A DNA stretch of 63,701 nucleotides, counting the filler, from Clostridia bacterium (GTDB lineage: Bacteria; CBDUZB01; JAGLHV01), in assembly GCA_030637025.1 (NCBI GenBank). It is 5 parts of 5 records of this genome, joined end to end, with 100 filler letters (N's around TTAATTAATTAA, not from the genome) between each part and the next. Parts side by side here need not be neighbours in the genome. Positions count along the whole stretch, not along the records: positions 14,774 to 31,072 come from DAOVVV010000044.1; 4 more parts are not named here. One strand, given 5' to 3'. Under the pieces are notes generated by a model, which worked only from the letters and a program-made list of their open reading frames with translations, was not told the DNA's origin and did no database searches. This document shows, piece after piece, positions 19,794 to 29,085 of this stretch. Each line of letters begins with the position of its first letter. Positions within the stretch are counted from its first letter, which is position 1. A program made the position numbers and the translations under genes.

Positions 19794-20525
19794 CTATTCC
19801 GTTGCCTCAGAATTTATAGTAATATCTACAGAACCCTTTCTATCGATTTTTGCTCCTGGTCTAGGATATTGTCTGAGAATAATATCAAAAGCTCTTTCCT
19901 CATCACACGCGTGCTTTATTTCTCCTATTTTTAATTTTTTTCTTCTTAAAATAGCTTGAACAGTAGTAAGTTTCTTTCCTAAAAGATTGGGCACTGTAAC
20001 CTTCCCACTGCCTTTGCTGATTAAAAGAGTAACTCTTTCTCCTTTTTTTACTTTTGAATTATAAGCGGGTTTGGTAGAAACAATTTTTCCTGCAGAAATA
20101 CTCTCCGAGTAAACTTCTTCCTGCTCACCTAATTTCAATCCCAATTGTTCCAGCTTATCTTTTACTTCTTCTAATAAAAGACCTGAAAAATCAGGAAGTT
20201 CAATCTTTCCTTTACTAATAAAAACTTTTATCCGAAATCCACTATCGACTATTGCTCCTCCTGCGGGAATCTGATCAGCAATCTTCCCTTCCTCAACAAG
20301 AGTACTTTCTTTTTCTCCCTCCAGAGAAAGAACTAAATTTTTACTTTCCAAAATCGATCGCGACTGTTCCAGAGAGGTCCCTATTAAATTGGGCACTTCT
20401 ACATCCTTCATTCGTTCTAATACCGGATTTAAATGAAAAAAAGAAATTATGTAGACAGTAATAGAAACAATTAATGAAATCAAAACATATCCAAAAAATT
20501 TATTCGTTCCATTAGACATATTCAA
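19794..20525 (-). CDS. Membrane-anchored PASTA-domain protein (3 PASTA, no kinase)
   Basis: One TM helix then VPNLIG, LPDFSG and VPNLLG repeats. Confidence 0.88.
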   Translation of the reverse strand: MNMSNGTNKFFGYVLISLIVSITVYIISFFHLNPVLERMKDVEVPNLIGTSLEQSRSILESKNLVLSLEGEKESTLVEEGKIADQIPAGGAIVDSGFRIKVFISKGKIELPDFSGLLLEEVKDKLEQLGLKLGEQEEVYSESISAGKIVSTKPAYNSKVKKGERVTLLISKGSGKVTVPNLLGKKLTTVQAILRRKKLKIGEIKHACDEERAFDIILRQYPRPGAKIDRKGSVDITINSEATE

Positions 20526-20551
20526 TCTTCTCCTTTTTTAATTTTTTGATA

Positions 20552-20732
20552 AGAGTTCTGCAAAATACAATATTCTACCTGCCTGTCCGCCAATCTTTAA
20601 GGCGAGTCTGCCAGTCCTTAAGGCGGGTCATTCCGCACTCGATGCGGAATCTACAATGTTTTTAAATATCAATAGATTCCTGCTTTCGCAGGAATGACAA
20701 TAAAGGTAAAAAAGGCTATTTTGCAAAAGTCT
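20552..20732 (+). mobile_element. MITE-like family 1, copy B
   Basis: Imperfect TIRs AGAGTTCTGCAAAATA / TATTTTGCAAAAGTCT enclosing two GTCATTCC..GGAATC REP-like hairpins. Confidence 0.7.
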
Positions 20733-21049
20733 AAATTTTCGATCCGTTCCTTCAACTAAAAATTTCACCAATAAAACTACCTATCTATACGAAAATGAAC
20801 TATTATTTCAATTAATAACAAAATGATTATACAAAAAATTTAAAAACTATTCCACTATTTTTTTTACATATCCGGACTGCCGTAAAATCCAGGTTAATAA
20901 TTTCTTTAAATTATTATTTTATGACAAAAAAATTTCTTTACAAAAAAACACAAAAAATAGTATCATTAAACTATTATTAATAAAATGGTAATCTTTCATT
21001 ACTACAATCAGGATTAATAATAAACTCTTTAATAATTTCACTATCTAAA

Positions 21050-21721
21050 ATGATTCCTTTTAAAGACAATATACCATCTAAAACTTTTCCTTTTGTCAAT
21101 ATCAGCTTAATTTTAATTAATTTAGCTGTTTTCGGCTATGAGCTTTCTTTAGCCTCTGCCGGAACACTGGACGTTTTTTTCACCCAATGGTCTTTGGTTC
21201 CCCTTCATTTTATAGCTCATCCGTTAAAAAACGCCGACAATCTCCTCTTAAGTATGTTTTTTCACGGTGGATGGATACATCTTATAGCAAATATGTTTTA
21301 CTTAGCTATCTTCGGAGATAATGTAGAAGACCGGATGGGACACTTCAGATATATAATCTTTTACCTCCTCTGTGGAATAACATCTTTTATCTTTCAAATT
21401 CTAAATACCCCTCTTTCTCAAATTCCTTTAATCGGAGCAAGCGGAGCTATTGCCGGCATTTTAGGCGCTTATTTCATTCTTTATCCCTGGGCAAAAATCC
21501 ATACTTTAATTTTTATATTTTCCTTTGAAATACCGGCATTTTTATTTTTGGGCGGCTGGTTTTTTATCCAGATGTTAAATAGTTTTTTTTCCATCACTTC
21601 AGCCCCCATTAAAGGATGTACCGGGGGAATAGCCTGGTGGGCACATATCGGAGGTTTTATCTCAGGAATAATATTAATCTTTTTTTTCAAAAAGAAAAAA
21701 TATTATCGTGCTCTTTATTAA
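21050..21721 (+). CDS. Rhomboid intramembrane serine protease
   Basis: MIPFKD, HGGWIHLIANM, GASGAIAG and AWWAHIGGF. Confidence 0.93.
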   Translation: MIPFKDNIPSKTFPFVNISLILINLAVFGYELSLASAGTLDVFFTQWSLVPLHFIAHPLKNADNLLLSMFFHGGWIHLIANMFYLAIFGDNVEDRMGHFRYIIFYLLCGITSFIFQILNTPLSQIPLIGASGAIAGILGAYFILYPWAKIHTLIFIFSFEIPAFLFLGGWFFIQMLNSFFSITSAPIKGCTGGIAWWAHIGGFISGIILIFFFKKKKYYRALY

Positions 21722-21912
21722 AAAAATTTATTTTTGAATCTTTTCTGAATTTTTTTAATCTAAAAATCAACACTCTTTCCCCCTTTTGAAAAAGGGAGTT
21801 ACAGTGTAAACCATATATCCGGTTTATTTTGTAAACTATGTTACCAGTTTGTACCGGATTTATTCAGTATCTTAAAACAAAAAATTGCGAATAGCAAATA
21901 GTTCATAATTAT

Positions 21913-22067
21913 AGACTTCTGCAAAATAACACATTCTGTCATTCCGCACTTGATGCGGAATCTATAATATTCTTAAATATCAATAGATTCCTGCTTTCGC
22001 AGGAATGACCCGCCTTAAGGACTGGCGGACAGGCAATAAAGGTAAAAAGGCTATTTTGCAAAACTCT
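21913..22067 (+). mobile_element. MITE-like family 1, copy C
   Basis: TIRs AGACTTCTGCAAAATA / TATTTTGCAAAACTCT; flanked by direct repeat TAGTTCATAATT (21899-21910 and 22068-22079). Confidence 0.72.
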
Positions 22068-22097
22068 TAGTTCATAATTCTTTAAGGAGAAAAAAAT

Positions 22098-24692
22098 ATG
22101 CAATTTGAAAAATTCACCATAAAAGCGCAGGAATCACTGCAGGAAGCACAACAATCAGCTCAGAGCAACAATCACCAGCAAATAGATATAGAACACCTCC
22201 TGGCTGCTCTCCTTAACCAGGAAGAAGGAATAATTCCTTCTCTCTTAGAAAAATTAGAAGTTGACCTGGAAATGTTAAAAAGAGACCTGGTAGAAAACTT
22301 AGAAAAAAGGCCTCAGGTTCAGGGAGGAAGTCAACCTTTTCTTTCTACCCGTCTAAATCAGGTATTAAATCACTCCTTAAAAGAAGCTAAACAACTTAAA
22401 GACGAGTTCGTATCTACCGAACACGTTTTTTTAGCTATGCTTGACGACAGGGAAGGAATCCCTGCCGGTTTACTAAAAAAATATGGTTTAAGCAAAGAAA
22501 AAATTCATGCTTCTTTAGCCAATATCAGAGGAGGACAACAAGTGACCGATCAAAATCCGGAAACCAAATATAAGGCACTGGATAAATACTGCCAGGATTT
22601 AACCGACCTAGCCAGGAAAGGGAAATTAGATCCTGTTATCGGCCGGGACGAAGAAATCCGGAGAATAATTCAAGTTCTCTCCCGGAGAACAAAAAACAAC
22701 CCGGTTTTAATCGGTGAACCCGGTGTAGGAAAAACTGCTGTGGCGGAAGGGCTGGCTCAACGCCTTATTAACAAAGATGTTCCCGATAGTATTCAAAATA
22801 AAAAAATCCTTTCTCTGGATTTGGGTTCTCTTATTGCCGGAACAAAATACCGGGGAGAATTTGAAGACAGATTGAAAGCAGTATTAAAACAAATCAGTCA
22901 AAGTGACGGGCAAATCATTCTTTTTATCGATGAATTACATACTTTAGTCGGGGCCGGTTCTGCAGAAGGTTCCATGGATGCTTCTAATATGCTTAAACCC
23001 GCTTTAGCCAGGGGAGAATTACGCTGTATAGGCTCCACTACTTTAAACGAATACCGCAAACATATCGAAAAAGATGCAGCACTGGAAAGGCGTTTTCAGC
23101 CCATCTACATCGGAGAACCAAATGTGGATGACACTATTGCTATCTTAAGGGGGCTTAAGGAACGCTATGAAGTACATCACGGGGTAAAAATAAAAGATGA
23201 TGCTCTTATTTCTGCTGCCGTTCTTTCTCACCGCTATATTTCCAACCGTTTTTTACCGGATAAGGCCATCGATTTGGTAGACGAAGCTGCTTCCCGCCTG
23301 CGTATAGAAATAGATAGCATGCCCTCGGAAATAGACGAGCTGGAAAGAAAAATAAGACAGGGTGAAATAGAGAAAGCAGCCTTAAAAAAAGAAAATAGCT
23401 CTTCCTGTAAAGAAAAACTAAAAAAATTAGAAAAACAACTAGCCAATTTGAAAGAAGAAGTTAATCCGATGAAACTACACTGGCAAAAAGAAAAAGAAAG
23501 AATACAAAAAATCCGTCAGATTAAAGAAAAAATAGAGCAGACTAAAATAGCCGCACAAAAATCCGAACGCATCGGTGATTTAGGAAAAACAGCCGAATTA
23601 AGGTATGGAACTATGCCTGACTTAAATAAGCAACTGGTAGAAGAAACCAATAAATTAGACCAACTGCAAAAAAATCAAAAAATGTTAAAAGAAGTGGTGG
23701 ACGAAGAAGATATCGCCGACGTTGTTTCCAAATGGACAGGAATTCCCGTCTCTAAAATGGTAGAAAGTGAAATTCATAAATTACTGAAAATAGAAGAAAA
23801 ACTAAAAGAACGGGTCATAGGACAGGAAGAAGGAATAACCGCTATAGCCAACGCCATCAGAAGAGCACGCGCCGGACTGCAGGAAGCCGACCGTCCGATA
23901 GGTTCTTTTATTTTTATGGGCCCTACCGGCGTAGGAAAAACAGAATTAGTCCGGGCATTAGCTCAGTTTTTATTTGACGATGAAAAAGCTATGGTGCGCA
24001 TTGATATGTCTGAATTTATGGAAAAATTCTCTGTATCACGTCTCTTAGGAGCACCTCCCGGTTATGTAGGATATGAAGAAGGAGGATATTTGACCGAGCA
24101 AGTCAGAAGAAGGCCCTATTCAGTAATTCTTTTTGACGAAATCGAAAAAGCCCATCCGGAAGTTTTTAATGTACTCTTACAGATTTTAGACGACGGCCGC
24201 CTGACCGACAGCCAGGGAAGAACCGTGGATTTTAAAAACACAGTAATTATCATGACTTCTAATATCGGCAGTAATTTAATTCAGGAACTGGGCGGTAAAA
24301 ACGAGAAAGAAATGCGCAACCGGGTAATGGAAGCTCTACGCAGCCATTTTCGCCCGGAATTTCTCAATCGCATTGACGAAACAATTATATTTCACAACCT
24401 TACACCACAACATCTCAAACAGATTGTAAAAATTCAGCTTAACTATCTAAAGAAAAAATTACTGGATAAGAAAATAGAAATTACTCTTACTGATGAAGCA
24501 ATGGAACTTTTAGCCAGGCAGGGTTTTGACCCTGTCTACGGAGCAAGGCCGTTAAAAAGAACTATTCAACAACTGATTCAAAATCCCTTAGCCCAAAAAA
24601 TACTACAGGGAGATTTTAAAGACGGAGACACAATAAAAGTTGATATAGTTAAAAAAGGAAAACAAGAAGAATTGACTTTCAGTAAAAAATAA
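22098..24692 (+). CDS. clpB: ATP-dependent chaperone ClpB
   Basis: Two AAA+ modules ([16 protein letters not shown]), long middle coiled coil, GYVGYEEGG; 864 aa. Confidence 0.97.
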   Translation: MQFEKFTIKAQESLQEAQQSAQSNNHQQIDIEHLLAALLNQEEGIIPSLLEKLEVDLEMLKRDLVENLEKRPQVQGGSQPFLSTRLNQVLNHSLKEAKQLKDEFVSTEHVFLAMLDDREGIPAGLLKKYGLSKEKIHASLANIRGGQQVTDQNPETKYKALDKYCQDLTDLARKGKLDPVIGRDEEIRRIIQVLSRRTKNNPVLIGEPGVGKTAVAEGLAQRLINKDVPDSIQNKKILSLDLGSLIAGTKYRGEFEDRLKAVLKQISQSDGQIILFIDELHTLVGAGSAEGSMDASNMLKPALARGELRCIGSTTLNEYRKHIEKDAALERRFQPIYIGEPNVDDTIAILRGLKERYEVHHGVKIKDDALISAAVLSHRYISNRFLPDKAIDLVDEAASRLRIEIDSMPSEIDELERKIRQGEIEKAALKKENSSSCKEKLKKLEKQLANLKEEVNPMKLHWQKEKERIQKIRQIKEKIEQTKIAAQKSERIGDLGKTAELRYGTMPDLNKQLVEETNKLDQLQKNQKMLKEVVDEEDIADVVSKWTGIPVSKMVESEIHKLLKIEEKLKERVIGQEEGITAIANAIRRARAGLQEADRPIGSFIFMGPTGVGKTELVRALAQFLFDDEKAMVRIDMSEFMEKFSVSRLLGAPPGYVGYEEGGYLTEQVRRRPYSVILFDEIEKAHPEVFNVLLQILDDGRLTDSQGRTVDFKNTVIIMTSNIGSNLIQELGGKNEKEMRNRVMEALRSHFRPEFLNRIDETIIFHNLTPQHLKQIVKIQLNYLKKKLLDKKIEITLTDEAMELLARQGFDPVYGARPLKRTIQQLIQNPLAQKILQGDFKDGDTIKVDIVKKGKQEELTFSKK

Positions 24693-24697
24693 ATTTT

Positions 24698-24726
24698 TTG
24701 ACAATTTCCCTATATTTTTGTAGTAT
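24698..24726 (+). promoter_or_regulatory. Probable tRNA promoter
   Basis: TTGACA-17-TAGTAT just upstream of the tRNA. Confidence 0.5.
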
Positions 24727-24739
24727 AGTATTTCATTAC

Positions 24740-24830
24740 GGAGAGGTCGCATAGTTGGTCGAGTGCGCACGCCTGGAAAGTGTGTAACGGGGTAACTCGT
24801 TCGAGGGTCCGAATCCCTCCCTCTCCGCCA
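24740..24830 (+). tRNA. tRNA-Ser(GGA)
   Basis: GGAGAGG/CCTCTCC acceptor stem, CT-GGA-AA anticodon loop, long variable arm, G discriminator and encoded CCA. Confidence 0.95.
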
Positions 24831-25259
24831 AAACCTGAGTTTGCGAAGGTTTTGGCCCCAACTAGTCAGCGAAGCTGACGGTCTACTTACTACTATCAAA
24901 TTACTGATTCAAAACTAAGTTTTTGGCGGAGAGCCCTATACTCGAACGCAGTGAGTAGTTTAGGGCAAACTGCATTATTTTAAGTTTATGGCAATCCATC
25001 TTTTTTAAACAAACCTCCTTCTTCCCCTATCATTCATCCCTTTATCAAATAACAAATATCTACAACTTTATTTTAATTGACTTTGTGTTTAAGTTATATT
25101 AAAATTAGTTTAAGTGAAATAAATAAATTATATAGAAGTGGGGAAGAAGTAACTAAAAAGGAACAAGGTAGTAACACACATAATAATTAGTTCCTAAAAT
25201 ACGCAACGTCCCCTATGTCTTCCTGTATTGTTTATAAATTAATTTTATAGGATACAGAC

Positions 25260-27674
25260 ATGTATTCAAATGAAACAATTCAAAGTTCAGACACCAAGAG
25301 TTTTTGTCAATACATTAATTGTAATTGCCAAAAAAATTTGTCTAGACATAAAAAGGAAAAGACTTTTTTTCTTTACCCTGCCAATCCACCCCTTATTGCT
25401 TCAACAATAGAAAGATCTGCTGAACTACTCGCTAAAAAACATCAAAGTAAAGAATATCTAATCTGGAAGAATTTAAAAAATGAAGGAAAAATTGTTTTTT
25501 GTGAGATTTGCAAAGCAATTTTTTCTAGTTCATTATTAATATGTGATATTACAAACTTAAATTTTAATGTTTTATTTGAAATAGGTTTTATTGTAGGTCT
25601 CTCTAAATCGTTTATTCCAATATTTGAAGGAAGCTATGAGCAGAATAAAAAAGTATTGAGTCAAGTTGGTCTACTTGACACAATAGGATATAGAAAGTTT
25701 GCTAATTCAAATGATATTGTTAATATTGTTGAGTCTTGCCCAGTGAATAAGCTCATTCAGAGAAATGTTAAAGTTGATATTTTTCGTCCAATTTATTACT
25801 TAAAAAGTCCCATTGATTCGGATGGAAGCTTGCGAATTACCTCTGTGTTAAAAAAATCTCCTTTTAACTTTAGACTTTATGACGCAAAAGAAAGATATCG
25901 ATTGCCATTAGATAGCGCATTGAATGAAGTGGATAAATCAAGAGCTGTAATAGTCCATTTAATCGACCCTCAAAGACAAGATTCTTTAGTCCATAATGCT
26001 CGCTGTGCTTTTGTGGCAGGATTAGCTTTAGCATCTAAGAAAAGAGTTTTAATGATACAAGAGGGAAAGTTTGAAAGTCCAATAGATTATCGAGATATAG
26101 TTAACGAATATGAAACAATAGCACAAATTGATGTAATTATGGAAGATTTCATTAAATCTGTGGCTTTAACTCTACAAACACCTGTTGAAAATATAGCTCC
26201 AATTAGTCGTTCTGAATTAGAGGAAATCGATATTGGAGATATTGCTGCAGAGAATGAAATTGAAAATTTAAGAGGATATTTTGTTAGAACAGGAGAATTT
26301 AACGCGGCAAGAAAAGGACATGTGCAGATAATTGTTGGAAGAAAGGGCAGTGGTAAAACCGCTTTATTTTATGCATTGAGACATCAAATTAATCCTTCTC
26401 GTCGGGATGTCTGTGTTTTAGATTTGAAGCCAGAAGGCTATCAGTTTGCTAGATTAAATGAAGAAATATTGCGAAAAATGACCCCGGCCGTTAGGCAGCA
26501 CACTTTAACCGCTTTATGGGATTATGTTTTGCTTCTTGAGCTTACGCATAAAATTTTAAAAGATAAAAAAGAGGTTGCTATCGCGAATAGGAATGTAAAA
26601 AAGGGTAATGTTTGGAATTCTTTGAGAGAGGAATATGAATTGCATAGAAATTTAGAGCAGGGAGACTTCTCGGAAAGATTAAATGATTTAATAAATAAAA
26701 TTATTGAGCGGTCACCCAAGATAGAATTAAGTAAAGGTTCACCCGGAATTACAGAGTTAATTTTCATTCACGATATTGCTAAATTAAAAGAACTGCTTGC
26801 TGAATATTTATCAGACAAGGAGGAAGTTTGGCTTTTGTTCGACAATTTAGATAAAAATTGGAAAGCGAATAAGCAAAACGAACATGAAGTACTAATATTA
26901 AAGGCTTTGCTATCTGCAGGTCGAAAATTAAAAAAAATGCTAGTAAAAAGGAGAATTAATTTTCATAGTATAATTTTTGTTAGAAGTGATATATATTCGT
27001 TTTTTTTAGAAGAAACAACAGATAGAGGGAAAGAGCAAGTTGTTTATTTAAATTGGGATGATGTAAATCTATTTAAAGTCATGTTTGGTTTGCGTGTCGA
27101 TTATAATGCAAAAACTGTGGAAGATTTCAATGAAATTTGGACAAATATGTTTGATTTGCACATAGGAGCCATTAGTTCATTTAATTATATGATTGAGCGT
27201 ACTTTGCAAAGACCAAGAGATTTCTTGCTATTTTCAGCCTATGCACTCCAGACAGCAATTAATCGAGGACATAATAGAATAAACGCAGATGATATATTGC
27301 AGTCTGAGGAAACATATTCACGTGATTTATTTACTGGCTTATCTTATGAGATATCCGATGTTGATTCAAATCTAAGAGACGTTTTATATTGTTTTCTTGA
27401 AACGGAAGCTACTTTATATGAAAATCAAATTGGCGAATTATTGATAAAAGGTAACATACCTAGCTCAAAAATAAAGAGTGTAATTGAAAAATTATTATGG
27501 TTTGGTTTCCTTGGAATCTTAACCTCAAAGATGGAAGAGAGATATGCTTATTCTGTTGGATACGATATAAGGAAACTGTTAAAATTAAGTGATTGGGTTC
27601 AAAAAGAAAATTCTGAGAGAATTTATAGTATACATCCTGGTTTTAGAAAGGTATTAGAAATAAAGAATAAGTAA
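25260..27674 (+). CDS. Tandem TIR/NDT-like domains fused to an Sll1717-type P-loop ATPase (candidate antiphage protein)
   Basis: DITNLNFNVLFEIGF..G.SK; second repeat HNARCAFVAGLALASKK; AAENE..YFVRT, Walker A GRKGSGKT, Walker B LLFDNLD, RPRD and C-terminal IHPGF. Confidence 0.7.
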   Translation: MYSNETIQSSDTKSFCQYINCNCQKNLSRHKKEKTFFLYPANPPLIASTIERSAELLAKKHQSKEYLIWKNLKNEGKIVFCEICKAIFSSSLLICDITNLNFNVLFEIGFIVGLSKSFIPIFEGSYEQNKKVLSQVGLLDTIGYRKFANSNDIVNIVESCPVNKLIQRNVKVDIFRPIYYLKSPIDSDGSLRITSVLKKSPFNFRLYDAKERYRLPLDSALNEVDKSRAVIVHLIDPQRQDSLVHNARCAFVAGLALASKKRVLMIQEGKFESPIDYRDIVNEYETIAQIDVIMEDFIKSVALTLQTPVENIAPISRSELEEIDIGDIAAENEIENLRGYFVRTGEFNAARKGHVQIIVGRKGSGKTALFYALRHQINPSRRDVCVLDLKPEGYQFARLNEEILRKMTPAVRQHTLTALWDYVLLLELTHKILKDKKEVAIANRNVKKGNVWNSLREEYELHRNLEQGDFSERLNDLINKIIERSPKIELSKGSPGITELIFIHDIAKLKELLAEYLSDKEEVWLLFDNLDKNWKANKQNEHEVLILKALLSAGRKLKKMLVKRRINFHSIIFVRSDIYSFFLEETTDRGKEQVVYLNWDDVNLFKVMFGLRVDYNAKTVEDFNEIWTNMFDLHIGAISSFNYMIERTLQRPRDFLLFSAYALQTAINRGHNRINADDILQSEETYSRDLFTGLSYEISDVDSNLRDVLYCFLETEATLYENQIGELLIKGNIPSSKIKSVIEKLLWFGFLGILTSKMEERYAYSVGYDIRKLLKLSDWVQKENSERIYSIHPGFRKVLEIKNK

Positions 27675-27943
27675 CACAAATATATATTCAACACACAATT
27701 GTATTTCTACCACCTTTCTTCTTATAATTCATTCCCACAGAAATATGAGTTTAGGGAAGGGGAAACACAGTTTAATCAGATAAAAGATTAAGGGAGTTGT
27801 TAGGGAAAAAATCAGGGGCAATAACTATAACAAAAGAAAAAGGGATTGAAGAATGGATATTTCAATAAATTAAAAGTTTAAACAACATCCCGTAAATTCG
27901 TAATAAAAAATGTCTCGTATGTTGTTTAGAATAAGGTGGTGGT

Positions 27944-29077
27944 ATGAGTATAGATGGCGGATATTACGCTATAAAAGGTTTTATATATCAATACGATGCA
28001 ACTATTTTAAAAATTATGAATGTTCCATCTGAAGATGATCTGATTGCTATTGAATGCATCCAAGATTTTTCAACAAAAGATGAGATATATCAAATAAAAT
28101 ATAAAGAAGCTCAAAATTATTCATCATCAAAAATTAAAAAAGCGGTTATTCAACTAATAGAAGAATGGAAAAAAAATAGTAGTTTGAAATATTATTTAAT
28201 AGCGTATTTTAAAGACAAACAACCCCAAGAAAAGATTTTTACACATGACGAAATAAAGGGTGTGATTAGTAAGGAATCACTGCTATATTCTGACGAAGAT
28301 CTTCAAAATTTTTGCCATAATTTTGTCTTAGCTTTTACGGTGGATTATAACAATCAGACACAGTTGGTCTTGAAATCAATAAAAAAATTTGCTAAAGACG
28401 ATGAAAAAACTTTGTTGTGGTATTGGTGTTTCTTCCGTTATTTAACAGATAAAGTAGCATCTAATCAAAATTTGGCTAAAAGAATATGTACTCGAAGAGA
28501 GATATTGGAAAAAGTTAATGCTTTTGAGCAAAAATATTTTGATTGTTCATATAAACAATTTTTAGGGAAAAGAAGATATTTGAATTATATAAAGAAAAAA
28601 GTATTTCCATCTCGCTTGAATACTCCTACTAAAAAAAGATTGTTTATTTTAGAGCTAAAAGAGAAAGATTCTAATAATAAAATTGCTAATGTTTTACGAA
28701 AAATATCAGATCATTTTATAAAAAAAACCACTAACCACTTTTTGGGAGATGCTCCATATATATTACTAAAAAACATTAATAAAGAAAAACAAATTGAATT
28801 AAAAGAGAAATTATATTCTGGAAACTTCAATTTTGTTGATGGGTATCCTTTTTATGGCTCAAATTTTAAAAAGGATTGTTTAACTCAAAATTTTAAAAAC
28901 CATAAAAATGATGTAATTAAAGTTAGGATTTTTAACTCTGATAAAGAACTGCAATTAATCTCCGAAAATTATTGGAATGAGATTTATGATTTTACAATAA
29001 CAGGCATTGACTTTTCTTCTGATACGATTACAAAGGTATATGTTGATGATATAGATGAGATAAAACAAATTTTGTGA
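27944..29077 (+). CDS. DUF4297/Cap4-like PD-(D/E)xK nuclease of a DUF4297-HerA system
   Basis: N-terminal AIKGFIYQY, IECIQDF and YQIKY; 8 nt upstream of HerA. Confidence 0.75.
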   Translation: MSIDGGYYAIKGFIYQYDATILKIMNVPSEDDLIAIECIQDFSTKDEIYQIKYKEAQNYSSSKIKKAVIQLIEEWKKNSSLKYYLIAYFKDKQPQEKIFTHDEIKGVISKESLLYSDEDLQNFCHNFVLAFTVDYNNQTQLVLKSIKKFAKDDEKTLLWYWCFFRYLTDKVASNQNLAKRICTRREILEKVNAFEQKYFDCSYKQFLGKRRYLNYIKKKVFPSRLNTPTKKRLFILELKEKDSNNKIANVLRKISDHFIKKTTNHFLGDAPYILLKNINKEKQIELKEKLYSGNFNFVDGYPFYGSNFKKDCLTQNFKNHKNDVIKVRIFNSDKELQLISENYWNEIYDFTITGIDFSSDTITKVYVDDIDEIKQIL

Positions 29078-29085
29078 GGTGATTT

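Noticed and set aside
19678-19959. 93-aa ORF containing VIPAKAGI
   Set aside because: Translation of the REP/MITE palindrome, antisense to the PASTA gene
21730-22097. CIRCE/CtsR heat-shock operator upstream of clpB
   Set aside because: No TTAGCACTC-N9-GAGTGCTAA or CtsR heptad repeat seen
24603-24899. 98-aa minus-strand ORF
   Set aside because: Antisense to tRNA-Ser and the clpB end
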